A stretch of 64,000 nucleotides of DNA from NCBI GenBank assembly GCA_965116905.1, contig OZ220732.1, positions 768,001-832,000 on the forward strand, given 5' to 3'. The DNA comes from Longimicrobiales bacterium (GTDB lineage: Bacteria > Gemmatimonadota > Gemmatimonadetes > Longimicrobiales > Gaopeijiaceae). Under the pieces are notes generated by a model. It did no database searches, had not been told where the DNA came from, and worked only from the letters and a program-made list of their open reading frames with translations. Positions within the stretch are counted from its first letter, which is position 1. The number at the start of each line of letters is the position of its first letter. This document shows positions 20,940-31,204 of the stretch, piece by piece. The position numbers and the translations under genes were made by a program.

Positions 20940-22676
20940 GTGAACGGTTCCGCCGGGGCAGGAAAGTCCAGCCGTGTCGCTGTCCACCCTTACGGCCATG
21001 ATGAGCCGGTCGAGGAAACAGACTGCGGCTACCGCTTGCAAAGCGAACGGCAGTGGGCCCTCGCAGGGGACGACGAGGCACTCGAGCAGATAGCGAACCA
21101 GTTGCCGAGTTCGAACCGGAAATGGGTCGCACAACGAAGCGCCCTCATCCTCAACCTCGTCAACTCGGTCGGCGTCCTTGAACTACCCCACCTCGGGACC
21201 CTCGACCTGGTCACCCGCAAGTTCGACGGAAACCAGTTCGAAGCCATGCTCCGCGCCCTAACCGAGTCGGCAACCACCCTCCCATTCTCAGCAAACGAAG
21301 CCGCCGCCGGCCGCTACTCCGTCAGCACCGCACCCCGCGACGATGTCCTCTACCACGCCTTCGTCTACCTGCGCTACATCCTTTCGAACAGGGCCGCGGA
21401 GGAAGTACGCCTGCTTCCCGCCCTCGAGATGACCGTAAGGGAGCCGCACCGGTTGTGGCGCAGCCATCGCCGGGACGTGCGGATTGAAGCCATGACGAGA
21501 GTGGACGCGCATACCCCGCTCGATCTCGTCACGCGGCCCGGGATAGCCGTGGAAGCGTCGTCCCTCTCACCCTCGGGGGCGAGGCTCGCCAAACGACTGG
21601 GCTGGCGTCTCCCGGAATTCGTCTCGGAGCGGAAGATCAGGCCGACAACCGATACCGCCGAGAACCGATTCGTGAAGGCCTTCATCGGACAGGCTCGGAC
21701 CATCATCGGTCGCATGCGATCCGTGGTGAGCTCGCCTGAGCCCAACGCGTTCCGATGGAACCTTCTGCGGGACTGCGATCGCATGGAGGCGTCGTTGATG
21801 CCGATCGCCCGGCACAGCATGTGGCAAGAAGTCGGAAGAATGGTGCGGATCCCCTTCTCGTCCACCGTGCTTCAGCGACGGCGGGGGTATCGCCGCGTGC
21901 TCCAGCACTTTTCCCGGATTCGCCTTGCCCCGACGATCCCGCTCGACAAGGACGGCATGCGCGACCTCCTCGAACTCAAGGACATCGCGCTTCTGTACGA
22001 GCTTTGGACCTTCTTCCGGCTGGTTCACGAGATCTCGGCGGTGCTGGGGAGGCCGCCCGTTCGATCGGAGCCGCTGGTCAGCGATCCCTTCCAGACCGGT
22101 TTAGAAGCCGGCGGAACCTTCGAATGGGATCCGGGCGTGCGCCTGGTCTACAACCAGCGCTTCTCCAAGTCAGCGAGGGCACAGACGCGTTCCTACTCCT
22201 ACTCGGTGCCGCTGATCCCCGACATCGCTCTCTCGGTCCCCGCCGGGCCGAACGCCGGCCTTCACCTGTTCGACGCGAAGTTCCGGGTCCACGGACTCGC
22301 CGACGTGGGGTTCGACGCGGACTACAAGAAGGCCGACGACGAGAAGGCCGCAGAGCGGGCGGGTTCGTTCAAGAGTGCGGACATCTACAAAATGCACGCG
22401 TATCGCGACGCGATTCCAGACGCGCGGTCGGTGTGGATCCTGTACCCGGGTGGACGGTTTCGGTTCTTTGGGGTACCGGAGGATGGTGGGCAACGTGGCG
22501 GCCGGGTGGTTTCGTCGGCCGAAGGGCTGCCTGAAGAGCTGAAGGGGGTGGGTGCGATTCCGGTGGCTCCGATCATCGGCGGGGAGGGGAACAACGGCCG
22601 AGGAATGGCGCCTGCGAGCGGCGAGGCGCTGCGAGCTACATTGGGGCGGATGCTGGGGACTGGGGCAGGAATGTAA
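20940..22676 (+). CDS. mcrC: McrC-like DUF2357 + PD-(D/E)xK nuclease
   Basis: DTAENRFVK, LYELWTF, PDI...FDAKF, DIYKMHAYRDAI. Confidence 0.85.
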   Translation: MNGSAGAGKSSRVAVHPYGHDEPVEETDCGYRLQSERQWALAGDDEALEQIANQLPSSNRKWVAQRSALILNLVNSVGVLELPHLGTLDLVTRKFDGNQFEAMLRALTESATTLPFSANEAAAGRYSVSTAPRDDVLYHAFVYLRYILSNRAAEEVRLLPALEMTVREPHRLWRSHRRDVRIEAMTRVDAHTPLDLVTRPGIAVEASSLSPSGARLAKRLGWRLPEFVSERKIRPTTDTAENRFVKAFIGQARTIIGRMRSVVSSPEPNAFRWNLLRDCDRMEASLMPIARHSMWQEVGRMVRIPFSSTVLQRRRGYRRVLQHFSRIRLAPTIPLDKDGMRDLLELKDIALLYELWTFFRLVHEISAVLGRPPVRSEPLVSDPFQTGLEAGGTFEWDPGVRLVYNQRFSKSARAQTRSYSYSVPLIPDIALSVPAGPNAGLHLFDAKFRVHGLADVGFDADYKKADDEKAAERAGSFKSADIYKMHAYRDAIPDARSVWILYPGGRFRFFGVPEDGGQRGGRVVSSAEGLPEELKGVGAIPVAPIIGGEGNNGRGMAPASGEALRATLGRMLGTGAGM

Positions 22677-22679
22677 ACT

Positions 22680-22709
22680 GAACTGCGATGATCGAACCGG
22701 AATCAGCAC
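22680..22709 (-). pseudogene. First ten codons of a YafQ-like toxin
   Basis: GTG right after the dinJ stop reads MLIPVRSSQF, then similarity ends at the mcrC stop. Confidence 0.55.
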
Positions 22710-22710
22710 T

Positions 22711-22968
22711 TCAGATTTCGACATCGCGGAACAGCTCATCAGCGCTATCGAAACGCTGGCCCTCACCGTCGTCCAGTTCCTTCATGGCCTCGACGGTCGT
22801 CGCGTTTGGTACCTGGACGATGAAGGGCAGTCGCTTCTCCTCGGCAACCCGCAGCAGCACCATGCGGATGACATCCGACACGGACAGGCCCATGGCCTTG
22901 AGCGCCTCGGTGGCACGTGCCTTGGTGTCGCTGTCGATTCTGGCGCGGACGACGGTGTCGGTACTCAT
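22711..22968 (-). CDS. dinJ: RelB/DinJ antitoxin
   Basis: VVRARID..TK.RA...L..MGLSVSDVIR...LPF...VPNATT.EAM; GGAG RBS. Confidence 0.9.
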   Translation of the reverse strand: MSTDTVVRARIDSDTKARATEALKAMGLSVSDVIRMVLLRVAEEKRLPFIVQVPNATTVEAMKELDDGEGQRFDSADELFRDVEI

Positions 22969-23064
22969 TCTGGATCTCCTGTGTGTAGCTTCATTGTAGC
23001 TACAGGCCGATCCGGCAGCAAGACGAGCGCCTGACCGGCCGCACACCCGGGATTCCCGGAACCC

Positions 23065-23831
23065 TTCTGGCCGAGCGATCCGGCAAGGACGGCATCGAAC
23101 GCATAGGGGACTTCGAGGAATGGTACGGAAGCCAGGGGGGAGAGTCCCTCCGGCCCGTCAGGACGGTCCTCGTCGGTCTCGGGCTCGATGCGAGCGCCCA
23201 CCGAATGGTGCCCTACCTGGCGGACAGGGCTATCGAGATCCGGCTGGTGACCTTCCATGGCTACGTCAACGACCAGGAGATGCTGTTGGCCAGGCAGGTA
23301 CGGGCTGCCGACGATACCCGTTCGTCGTCCGCCGGTCCGCCAAGCGCGTCCGACCTGAAACGGAAGGCCACCGAGCACGGAGTTGCGGCGATCTGGCAGG
23401 ATGCCCGAGAATCGCTGGACTACAGTGTCCGGACGTACTGCACGAAAGCCGGCATCACCTACCTGCAGCGGACGACCACCCTGCCCGATGGCGTGCGTGT
23501 CCGCGGGTCGCACTGCGTAACGATCGGCGAGGCCGGGGGAATCCGGATCACGTTCTATCCGTCGGCCGTCGTCCTGTGCCACGAGGAGTTCGAGCAGGTC
23601 GGGGATGCGGTTTCGTTCGAAGGCGGAGAGCCCCCGAACGCGCTTGGGACGCGACGTGCGCCGAACCAGTGGTATTGCAGGCTCGACGAGCAGTCGTGGC
23701 AGCGGGGCAGGGCGCGTCTGATCGAGTTTGTTCGGGCCGTAGAGGACGCGTGGCGGGAGCATGAGCGGAAGGTGGTGGACGGGGCTGGAGGGCGGGTTGC
23801 GACGGACGAAGTGGAGCTGGAGGACAAGTAG
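23065..23831 (+). repeat. Repeat copy C (longest 5' extent; 5'-truncated gene)
   Basis: Direct repeat of copies A and B, preceded by LAERSGKDGIERIGDFEEWY coding-like sequence. Confidence 0.85.
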
Positions 23832-23869
23832 TCCTGCCGACTCGGGAGATTGTTGAACCGGACCGAAGT

Positions 23870-24210
23870 CCGGCATCACCTGCCTGCAACGGACGACCAT
23901 CCTGCCCGACGACGCGCGTGTCCGCGGGTCGCATTCCGTGATGGTCGACGAACTCGGACATACGGACCAGTTCCTGTCCGAGGGGCCTGTGCCACGAGGA
24001 GTTCGAGCAGCTCGGGGATGCGATTCCATTCGAAGCCGGGAGTTCCGAACGCCTCGGCGACGCGTCGCGCGCCGAAACAGTGGTATGCAGGCGGGAAGGG
24101 GGGAGGAGAAAAGGGCGGCGATGGCAGTTGCGGTCGCGGTGGCCGGACGGAACTGCAGCGAGTGGGAAAAGGGCATTGGGGGAGGTTGAGCGGGTCACGC
24201 GGCGGTGGGA
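23870..24210 (+). repeat. Degenerate partial repeat copy
   Basis: Matches 6254-6375 and 17460-17720. Confidence 0.7.
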
Positions 24211-24945
24211 TAGTGGCGGAAGTCGGTGGCCACCCGGCGCGGGGGAACGGGAACGTGCTGGAAACGGACACAAAAACCTGGTTTCCCGGTCGGGATTGAC
24301 ATCTGTTCCATTTGGTATGGGTATGACACCAAGGAGGCGGGGCGCTCGGATTCAGAGACCCTCGCCACAGGCGGGTACCGGATGAAAAAGCCGGGGAAGC
24401 TGTATGCGAGGAATTGGCCGAGGGCCATAGGGAAGCTCGAGTCTTCGCCGAAGCCGCACCTTCAGGCCCCAGCGGGGCGGAACCACGACCCAGTGCATTG
24501 GTCACGCATGGGCGTGGCGCAAACGGATGCGTGTCCCTCACATCTGGGCGATCCCCCGTACGATTTCCGATGACGCAGGATCTCGGCCAAGCCCAGCGCG
24601 AGCCAATACCGTCGGCAGACGACCTCCTCGAACTCGAGGCGCCTTTGATCGGCACCGCCGCCGTCACTCTAAGAGCACTGCTCGGCGATCACGGCCCGCG
24701 GAATGGTAGTTTCGGCCCCCAACGGAGGTGTTGGCGACACACCCGCAAGCCCCTGCTGCAGACGCCGCCGTCACCCGTACACTTCCACTTCACGCTACCC
24801 GCACTTTGCCGCTGCGGAGCCGCATTCGCCAAGCAAGCGTGGCTTCCGGGGCACACTGAGCAAGCGATGAAGGGTTGACACTGAGAGTGGACCCTGTGAG
24901 CGTGGGCTAGCCACGCACTATCGACCCTTCGACGAAGCAGGAGCC

Positions 24946-25179
24946 ATGAGCTACACCAGAACAGCCCCCCCTACTGAGAGCTATTTGCCCAGGAGAACTT
25001 CGGAAGGAATGCTGTTTCAGCGCGTACACGGGAAGCAACATGGACCGGCGCCACTGTGGCATCTTTGGGCCGATCCAGAAGGATGGGGTAGCGTGATGCT
25101 ATTTGTCCGAGACGGTACAACCGTCAAGGAGGCGACCGAGGAAGTGGCACGGACGCTCAGGCATCATGAGGAGGAGTGA
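24946..25179 (+). CDS. Small hypothetical protein
   Basis: GCAGGAG RBS and ATG; no recognisable motif. Confidence 0.4.
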   Translation: MSYTRTAPPTESYLPRRTSEGMLFQRVHGKQHGPAPLWHLWADPEGWGSVMLFVRDGTTVKEATEEVARTLRHHEEE

Positions 25180-25293
25180 AGGAGTAGTCGGCCGCCTAAG
25201 GTCTACCATCAGCTACACCGACAACAAGGTAGCGCGCTTCGTGCGGCAGGCGATAGATTGAACGGCGGTGGTTCTACCGGCATTGGGAAATGA

Positions 25294-25911
25294 ATGGCGC
25301 TTACCCGCTCTGAGCACATGGCCCGGATTCGCAGCATCAATACCGGCCCCGAGATGAGGTTGCGGTCTCACCTCTGGGCCCGAGGGCTCCGGTATCGGTT
25401 ACACCGAACAACTCCGGTTGGACGACCAGACTTGGTCTTCCCCGGCAGCAGAGTTGCCGTATATGTAGACGGGTGCTTTTGGCATGGTTGCCCGCTCCAC
25501 TACGTTGCACCAAGGACAAAGCGGTCATTCTGGGCATCGAAGCTCGCCAAGAATGTCGAGCGCGACCGTCTCCAGACACTTGGATTGGAGAAGCGTGGCT
25601 GGACGGTCATCCGCGTTTGGGAGCACGAGGTGGACGAAGAACTGCCTGCGGTAGGTAACGCAGTCGAGCGAGTTGTCTTGGGCGAGAACGCATCGCCCAC
25701 GAACGATTGGCGTGTCTATAGGGTCGAGGACCTTCCCGGTAGGAGTGGTCACGAACGCCGGTATCTCGTGGATCTGCGAGTTCCAAATCGGTGGGCGGTC
25801 GACGAAGGACCTCGGTTCTCGCGCCGCGGTCCAGCGGACCGCGACGCTATTGCTCGACGGTGGACCGGACCGGATCTGGACGCCCTCTGCAACGGCACTG
25901 GAGAGCATTGA
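25294..25911 (+). CDS. vsr: Very short patch repair endonuclease
   Basis: MARIRS.NTGPE, GRPDLVF, VDGCFWHG, N..RD, RVWEHE. Confidence 0.9.
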   Translation: MALTRSEHMARIRSINTGPEMRLRSHLWARGLRYRLHRTTPVGRPDLVFPGSRVAVYVDGCFWHGCPLHYVAPRTKRSFWASKLAKNVERDRLQTLGLEKRGWTVIRVWEHEVDEELPAVGNAVERVVLGENASPTNDWRVYRVEDLPGRSGHERRYLVDLRVPNRWAVDEGPRFSRRGPADRDAIARRWTGPDLDALCNGTGEH

Positions 25912-27005
25912 TCGTGATCGTCGACCTATTCTCGGGTGCCGGTGGCTTCGCATTGGGAGCGGTGGAGGCTGGGCTGAAGGTCGCGCTTGCCGTAGATCAT
26001 GATCCAGTACTCACTTCATCGCATCGCCACAACCTAACTGACATTCCGCTATTGCTACGGGACCTCGGCGAAGTCGGATTACTCGACCTCTTGGAGGAGG
26101 CGAAACTTGCACCCGATCAGATTACCGGTGTTGTAGGAGGCCCCCCATGTCAAGGATTCAGCAGTATTGGCAAACGTGATGCTCGAGATTCCCGTAATGC
26201 CCTGGTGCCGCGCTTTTTTGGCATGGTCAATGAGCTGCGACCGCCTTTTTTTGTGTTCGAAAACGTCCCTGGGATAATGACCAAACGCTTCCGTCCTCTC
26301 CTCGACAATAGCATCGACCCACTCGTCAACCACTACACGGTGGTCGGGCCCCTAATCCTGAACGCCAGCGCCTTTGGGGCAGCCACCCACCGTCTGCGTG
26401 TCATAGTCCTCGGGATTCACCATCCAAGTAGCCCTGTGTCGGAGACTGACGTAGCAGGCACCGCTCAACCAACGGACGTCGCAGATGCGCTTTCCGGCCT
26501 TCCGGCGCCCTCCCAGAATGGTCACAAGCCCCACTTTGGTTGGCAGCAACTGGAACCAGAAACCGACATTAGCACCTACGCACTCAGCATGAGAAGGACT
26601 CCACCTGACATCTCCGGTGCGCTCGTTAAGGACGCGCACAAACAGGGTCGCGTTTCCGGGTTCCAAGCTACACGACACTCCTCGCACGTGATCGAACGTT
26701 TCTCCAACATACAGCCCGGCGACAGAGATTCCGTCTCGAAGTTTCCCCGCTTGCATCTAGATCGCCCGGCGCCGACGCTCCGCGCCGGCACCGGCCGGGA
26801 CCGCGGGAGCTACCAGTCCGTACGGCCCATACACCCGGTTGAGCCGCGTGTAATCACGGTTCGTGAGGCGGCCCGCCTTCAGGGCTTTCCCGATTGGTTT
26901 GTATTTCACCGAACGAAATGGCACAGCTTTCGAATGATCGGCAACAGCATCGTTCCCACCATGGCGCAACGGCTATTGGAGGCTTGCCAATCACGGATAC
27001 GGTAG
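25908..27005 (+). CDS. dcm: C5 DNA cytosine methyltransferase
   Basis: DLFSGAGG, GGPPCQGFS, FENVPG, EAARLQGFP, IGNS; TTGA overlap with vsr. Confidence 0.95.
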   Translation: MIVIVDLFSGAGGFALGAVEAGLKVALAVDHDPVLTSSHRHNLTDIPLLLRDLGEVGLLDLLEEAKLAPDQITGVVGGPPCQGFSSIGKRDARDSRNALVPRFFGMVNELRPPFFVFENVPGIMTKRFRPLLDNSIDPLVNHYTVVGPLILNASAFGAATHRLRVIVLGIHHPSSPVSETDVAGTAQPTDVADALSGLPAPSQNGHKPHFGWQQLEPETDISTYALSMRRTPPDISGALVKDAHKQGRVSGFQATRHSSHVIERFSNIQPGDRDSVSKFPRLHLDRPAPTLRAGTGRDRGSYQSVRPIHPVEPRVITVREAARLQGFPDWFVFHRTKWHSFRMIGNSIVPTMAQRLLEACQSRIR

Positions 27006-27029
27006 TAGTATGATGAAAGGAGCCACACA

Positions 27030-28364
27030 TTGAGTAGACACCCGCAAGACGCTGCGACTAGGGTGATTAACGCAATGCCCACGAAACAGCTGTTCATCGG
27101 GATGCTCACTAGGGACATCGCCTTAATCCCGGCCGTGCTCGACTTAGTGGACAATTGCGTCGACGGAGCCCGACGCGACGTCGGGGATGGCCCCTACGAC
27201 GGCCACTGGGTGCGGATTGAAGTCTCTGCTGATAGGCTCCGCCTCGCCGACAACTGCGGAGGTATTCCAGTTGATGTTGCCCAACGTTACGCGTTTCGTT
27301 TTGGAAGAGATGAGGACTCGCCGTCAATTCGCCACTCCATCGGACAGTTTGGTGTTGGTATGAAGCGTGCCATCTTCAAGATTGGTGACGAATTCCGGGT
27401 CGACTCTCGTACTAGGACCAGTCGCTTTGTCGTTCGCGAGAACATCCCGGCTTGGGCCAGCAGGGACAAATGGCAGTTTCAATTCACCGAACTCGAAGAG
27501 AACAAAGACCGTCCCGAGGACACCATCGGCACTGTACTCACCATCTCCAAGCTCCACCCAGACGTCGCGACGGCGTTTCGAAGCGAGGCGTTCCGCAACC
27601 AACTTCGAGAGGAGCTGCGAAGCAAACTGACCGGTCCGATTTCCCTTGGGTTCGCAATTTCCCTGGATGGGCGTCCTGTTCACGCTGACCCGCTTGAGCT
27701 CCTCGATTCACGAGCACTGAAACCAGCGTATGCCAGGCGTGACTTCCGTAACGGCGGGCCGTCGACGGTGACTGCACGGTTTTATACGGGGCTAGCCGAC
27801 CCGGATCCGGAAGCCGCGGGCTGGCATGTCTTTTGTAACGGGAGGTTGGTGTTAGAGGCCGACAAGTCGCGGGTGACTGGATGGGGCGGCACAGAGGAGA
27901 CCCGAATCCCTCGCTTCCACGGGCAGTTTAACAGATTTCGCGGCTACCTATACTTTGACTCCGATGACGCTGGTGCGCTGCCTTGGAACACGACCAAGAC
28001 CGGCCTCGATTTGGACTCTGCGGTCTACCGCGCTAGTAGACTCCAGATGCGGACACTGATGAGACCGGTTATCGACTTCCTGAATAAGCTAAAGGCTGAG
28101 AAAGAGGAGTCAGACACTGGTCCGCTTCAGGGTCTGCTTTCTAGGGCACGAAAGGCTAAACTTACCGCATTGACACCACGCCCCACGTTCGTGGTTCCGA
28201 AGGTAGCGCCCCCAAAGCCAAAACCCTCTGTTCAACGTATTCAGTACGATGCGCCATCAGCCAAGGCGCAGGAGATCAAAGAGTACCTGAGTGCTTCTAC
28301 ATGGGTTGCTGTCGGTCGATATACGTTCGACTACTTTTATGATGCGGAGCTCGGGGATGAGTAG
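27030..28364 (+). CDS. GHKL (MORC/Hsp90-like) ATPase with S5-like domain
   Basis: DLVDNCVD, DNCGGI, GQFGVGMK, GT motifs; LPWNTTK. Confidence 0.85.
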   Translation: MSRHPQDAATRVINAMPTKQLFIGMLTRDIALIPAVLDLVDNCVDGARRDVGDGPYDGHWVRIEVSADRLRLADNCGGIPVDVAQRYAFRFGRDEDSPSIRHSIGQFGVGMKRAIFKIGDEFRVDSRTRTSRFVVRENIPAWASRDKWQFQFTELEENKDRPEDTIGTVLTISKLHPDVATAFRSEAFRNQLREELRSKLTGPISLGFAISLDGRPVHADPLELLDSRALKPAYARRDFRNGGPSTVTARFYTGLADPDPEAAGWHVFCNGRLVLEADKSRVTGWGGTEETRIPRFHGQFNRFRGYLYFDSDDAGALPWNTTKTGLDLDSAVYRASRLQMRTLMRPVIDFLNKLKAEKEESDTGPLQGLLSRARKAKLTALTPRPTFVVPKVAPPKPKPSVQRIQYDAPSAKAQEIKEYLSASTWVAVGRYTFDYFYDAELGDE

Positions 28365-29325
28365 TGGCACTCTTGGTCGGGTCATTTACCGAATCCGCCC
28401 AGCAAAGAACGTCGAACGCAAGATGATATGCGAAGCAATGGCTACCCTCTGCCGTCTAGAGCCGCTGCCTGCCTATCAGTATGTCGGCTTGGGGTCCCTG
28501 GAGTTTCACGACTTTGCGTTGTTCTATCAGCGACTAGGGATCCGCACCATGGTGAGCATAGAGAAGCGCGATTCGGCCGAAGAGCAAGCTCGTATCGGGC
28601 TAAACCGTCCGTATGGGCACATTGTGATGGAGTGGGGTGTCTCCACTGAGCGCCTAACCGACATCAACTGGAATAGTCGGTCAATCGTCTGGCTGGACTA
28701 TGACTATCGCATTACGCCGTCGATGCTCGACGATGTACAGTTTCTTGTTTCCGAGCTGCCTTCTGGATCATGCTTGATCGTCACGGTCTGCTGCGAACCA
28801 TGGAAAGCTAGTCTCGCGACGCCGAAGGTTGGGCGCATGCGATTTGAGAGGCTCATTCGGGCGGTGGGCAGGGCGAGGATTCCAGACGGAATAGGTGGTA
28901 AAGACCTTCGCGATTGGGGCCTTGGTGAAGTATCGCGACGGATCATTCGAAATGAGATTGAGACCACTTTGGCTGCTCGGAGCGGTGCTTTGGCACCAGA
29001 TGACCGAATGACGTATTCTCAGGTCTTCAATTTCAGATACGCAGACGGCCCCACGAAGATGGCCACATTCGGGGGAATACTCGTTTCGCGGAGGGATGAG
29101 GTCAGATTGTCTGGGCCTGATTTTGCGCACCTGCCGTACTATCGCCCAGACACGGGCGATTACCATATTCGAATACCTCGGCTGACTTTGAGGGAGGTAC
29201 ACTACCTCAACCAGAAGATGCCGGACAACCTGTCTAGCGTGACTGCGATACCGACTAATGAGGTTGAGAAGTACCTCTCGATCCATAGGTACTTCCCAGA
29301 GTTTCTCGAGGTTGAGATGACGTAG
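28357..29325 (+). CDS. Putative SAM-dependent O-methyltransferase-like protein
   Basis: Y.IRPAKNVERKM, YVGLGS..F.DF, SIE, IVWLDYD, F.YADG..MAT.GG; overlaps the ATPase stop. Confidence 0.75.
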   Translation: MSSGTLGRVIYRIRPAKNVERKMICEAMATLCRLEPLPAYQYVGLGSLEFHDFALFYQRLGIRTMVSIEKRDSAEEQARIGLNRPYGHIVMEWGVSTERLTDINWNSRSIVWLDYDYRITPSMLDDVQFLVSELPSGSCLIVTVCCEPWKASLATPKVGRMRFERLIRAVGRARIPDGIGGKDLRDWGLGEVSRRIIRNEIETTLAARSGALAPDDRMTYSQVFNFRYADGPTKMATFGGILVSRRDEVRLSGPDFAHLPYYRPDTGDYHIRIPRLTLREVHYLNQKMPDNLSSVTAIPTNEVEKYLSIHRYFPEFLEVEMT

Positions 29326-29404
29326 CGGTCGTTCCATTATCAATAGTCTGATCTGCGAGAGACTCCATGCGCTCCCGGGTGTTAGGGTGAACACGTGTTC
29401 ATGG

Positions 29405-31024
29405 TGTTGGCGGCCGTTCAAAACCCGACAGTTGTGGCCGTCGAAAGTCGTACATCTCGGGAGGGTGATCGAGGTTCGCCACGCGGCTGTTCAAGGAAGT
29501 TCGCGATGCGGGCTACCCGGGGAGCTACAGCCAGGCGAACCGGTATGTGCGACGGGTGCGGCCGCGGCCTCCGGACGAGCCTGTGCAGCGGTTCGAGACC
29601 CCTCCGGGCCACCAGGGTCAGGTGGACTTCGCGGACTTCCGGCTGCCCTGGGGCAAGGGCCATGCGCTGAAACGTGGTACTGGGCTACTCGCGCCTGATG
29701 TGGCTGCGCTATTACGAGCGCCAGACGATGCCGGTGGTGATGCGGGGGCTCGAGACCGCGTTCCGGTACTTTCGGGGGCGTCCCGTCCGAACTGCTGTTC
29801 GACCAGATGAAGGCGGTGATCATCGCAGACGGCCGTGCAGATGGGGGGCGGCTGGTCGAGAACCCGGAGTTCCTGCGCTTCAGCCATCACTGGGGCTTCC
29901 GGATCCGAGCGTGCCGTCCCTACCGGGCGCAGACGAAGGGCAAGGTGGAACGGCCGATCCGGTACATCCGCGAGAGCTTCTTCTACGGCCGGGACTTCGT
30001 CTCCGACGACGACCTCAACGCCCGGGCGCTGGAGTGGCTCGACGGCGAGGCCAACGTCCGGATCCACGGGACGCTGAAGGAGCGGCCCGCGAACCGGTTC
30101 CAGCGGGAGCGGCCCTTCTGGCACCGCTCACTTCGTGGCCCTACCGGCCTGCGGCGCCGCTTTCTGAACCCCGAAGGGCAACACGGACCCGGGGAGCTCC
30201 GGCTCCGCCCGTCGTAGATGTCGAACAGCGCCCGCTGGCCACGTATGCCCGGATCACAGGGGATGTCCAGTGAAGACGCCCTCGGGCAGGGAGCGGATCG
30301 CGGCCCAACTGGCCGACCTGAAGATGCCGGGCGCCCTGGAGGCCCTCGACGAGATCCTGGCCGGTGTGGACGGCGGCGGCACGACCGCTGCGCAGGCCAT
30401 CGAGCGGCTCCTTGCCGCCCAGATCGCGCTCCGCAACAGCCGCCGCCTGCAGACGGCGATGCGTTCCAGCCGGCTTCCGGCGGTCAAGACGCTCGCAGAC
30501 CTCGACTTCAGCTTCCAGCCGTCGGTCAAGCGAGAGCAGATCGACTCGCTGCACGAGCTCGGCTTCGTGGACCCACCCGGGGCTCCTGGTCGTCGACGAG
30601 ATCGGCTACCTCCCCATCACCCGCAGCGGCGCCATCCTCTTCTTCCAGCTCGTCAACCGTCGCTACGAGCACGCCTCGACGGTGCTCACGTCGAACCAGG
30701 GCTTCGAGCGCTGGGGCGAGATCCTGCACGACGAGGTCATGGCCGCCGCCCTGCTGGACCGTCTGCTCCACCGCTGCCACATCGTCAACATCCGCGGCAA
30801 CAGCTACCGGATGCGGCGCCACACCGAACTCTCCAAGGCGATCCACCCAACCGCCGCCCGGGCCCTGTCCGCCGAACGCTCGGCGAGGGGGGACGCAGTG
30901 GTGGGCCTCCGGCAGAGACCCCGGGCCCGCCCCGCTACGGTCGCTCCGCTCCCTCCGCAGTGCGGGCGCCGAAGTGTCAGATTTTCGATGGCCAGGAGTG
31001 TCAGATTTTCGGCGGCCATTGACA
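29405..31024 (+). mobile_element. Internally deleted IS21-family element (istA/istB pseudogenes)
   Basis: TG...CA ends with repeated IR motifs; IstA RFETPPG.QGQVDF and TKGKVER; IstB LVVDEIGY and DRLLHR; frameshifts, IstB Walker A missing. Confidence 0.9.
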
Positions 31025-31204
31025 GCGGAGGAATCGAGAACTTCTGCTCTGCGCCGTGCGGCGCTCTCCACAGGAGCCGCCGACGGGCCTTGCTGATCGT
31101 GGTGGTACACATGTACAGTACCTTGCCGTGGCTCAGCTAATGGTCGCACACCTCAACCGCCCTCCTTCCACAACGCCACTTCGGACCCCGGAGCGCCAAC
31201 ACCC

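Noticed and set aside
5508..23831. Diversity-generating retroelement interpretation of the repeats
   Set aside because: Differences are not adenine-specific, include indels, and no reverse transcriptase is present.
24226..24878. Several overlapping ORFs after repeat C
   Set aside because: No motifs or consistent coding signal; probably decayed DNA.
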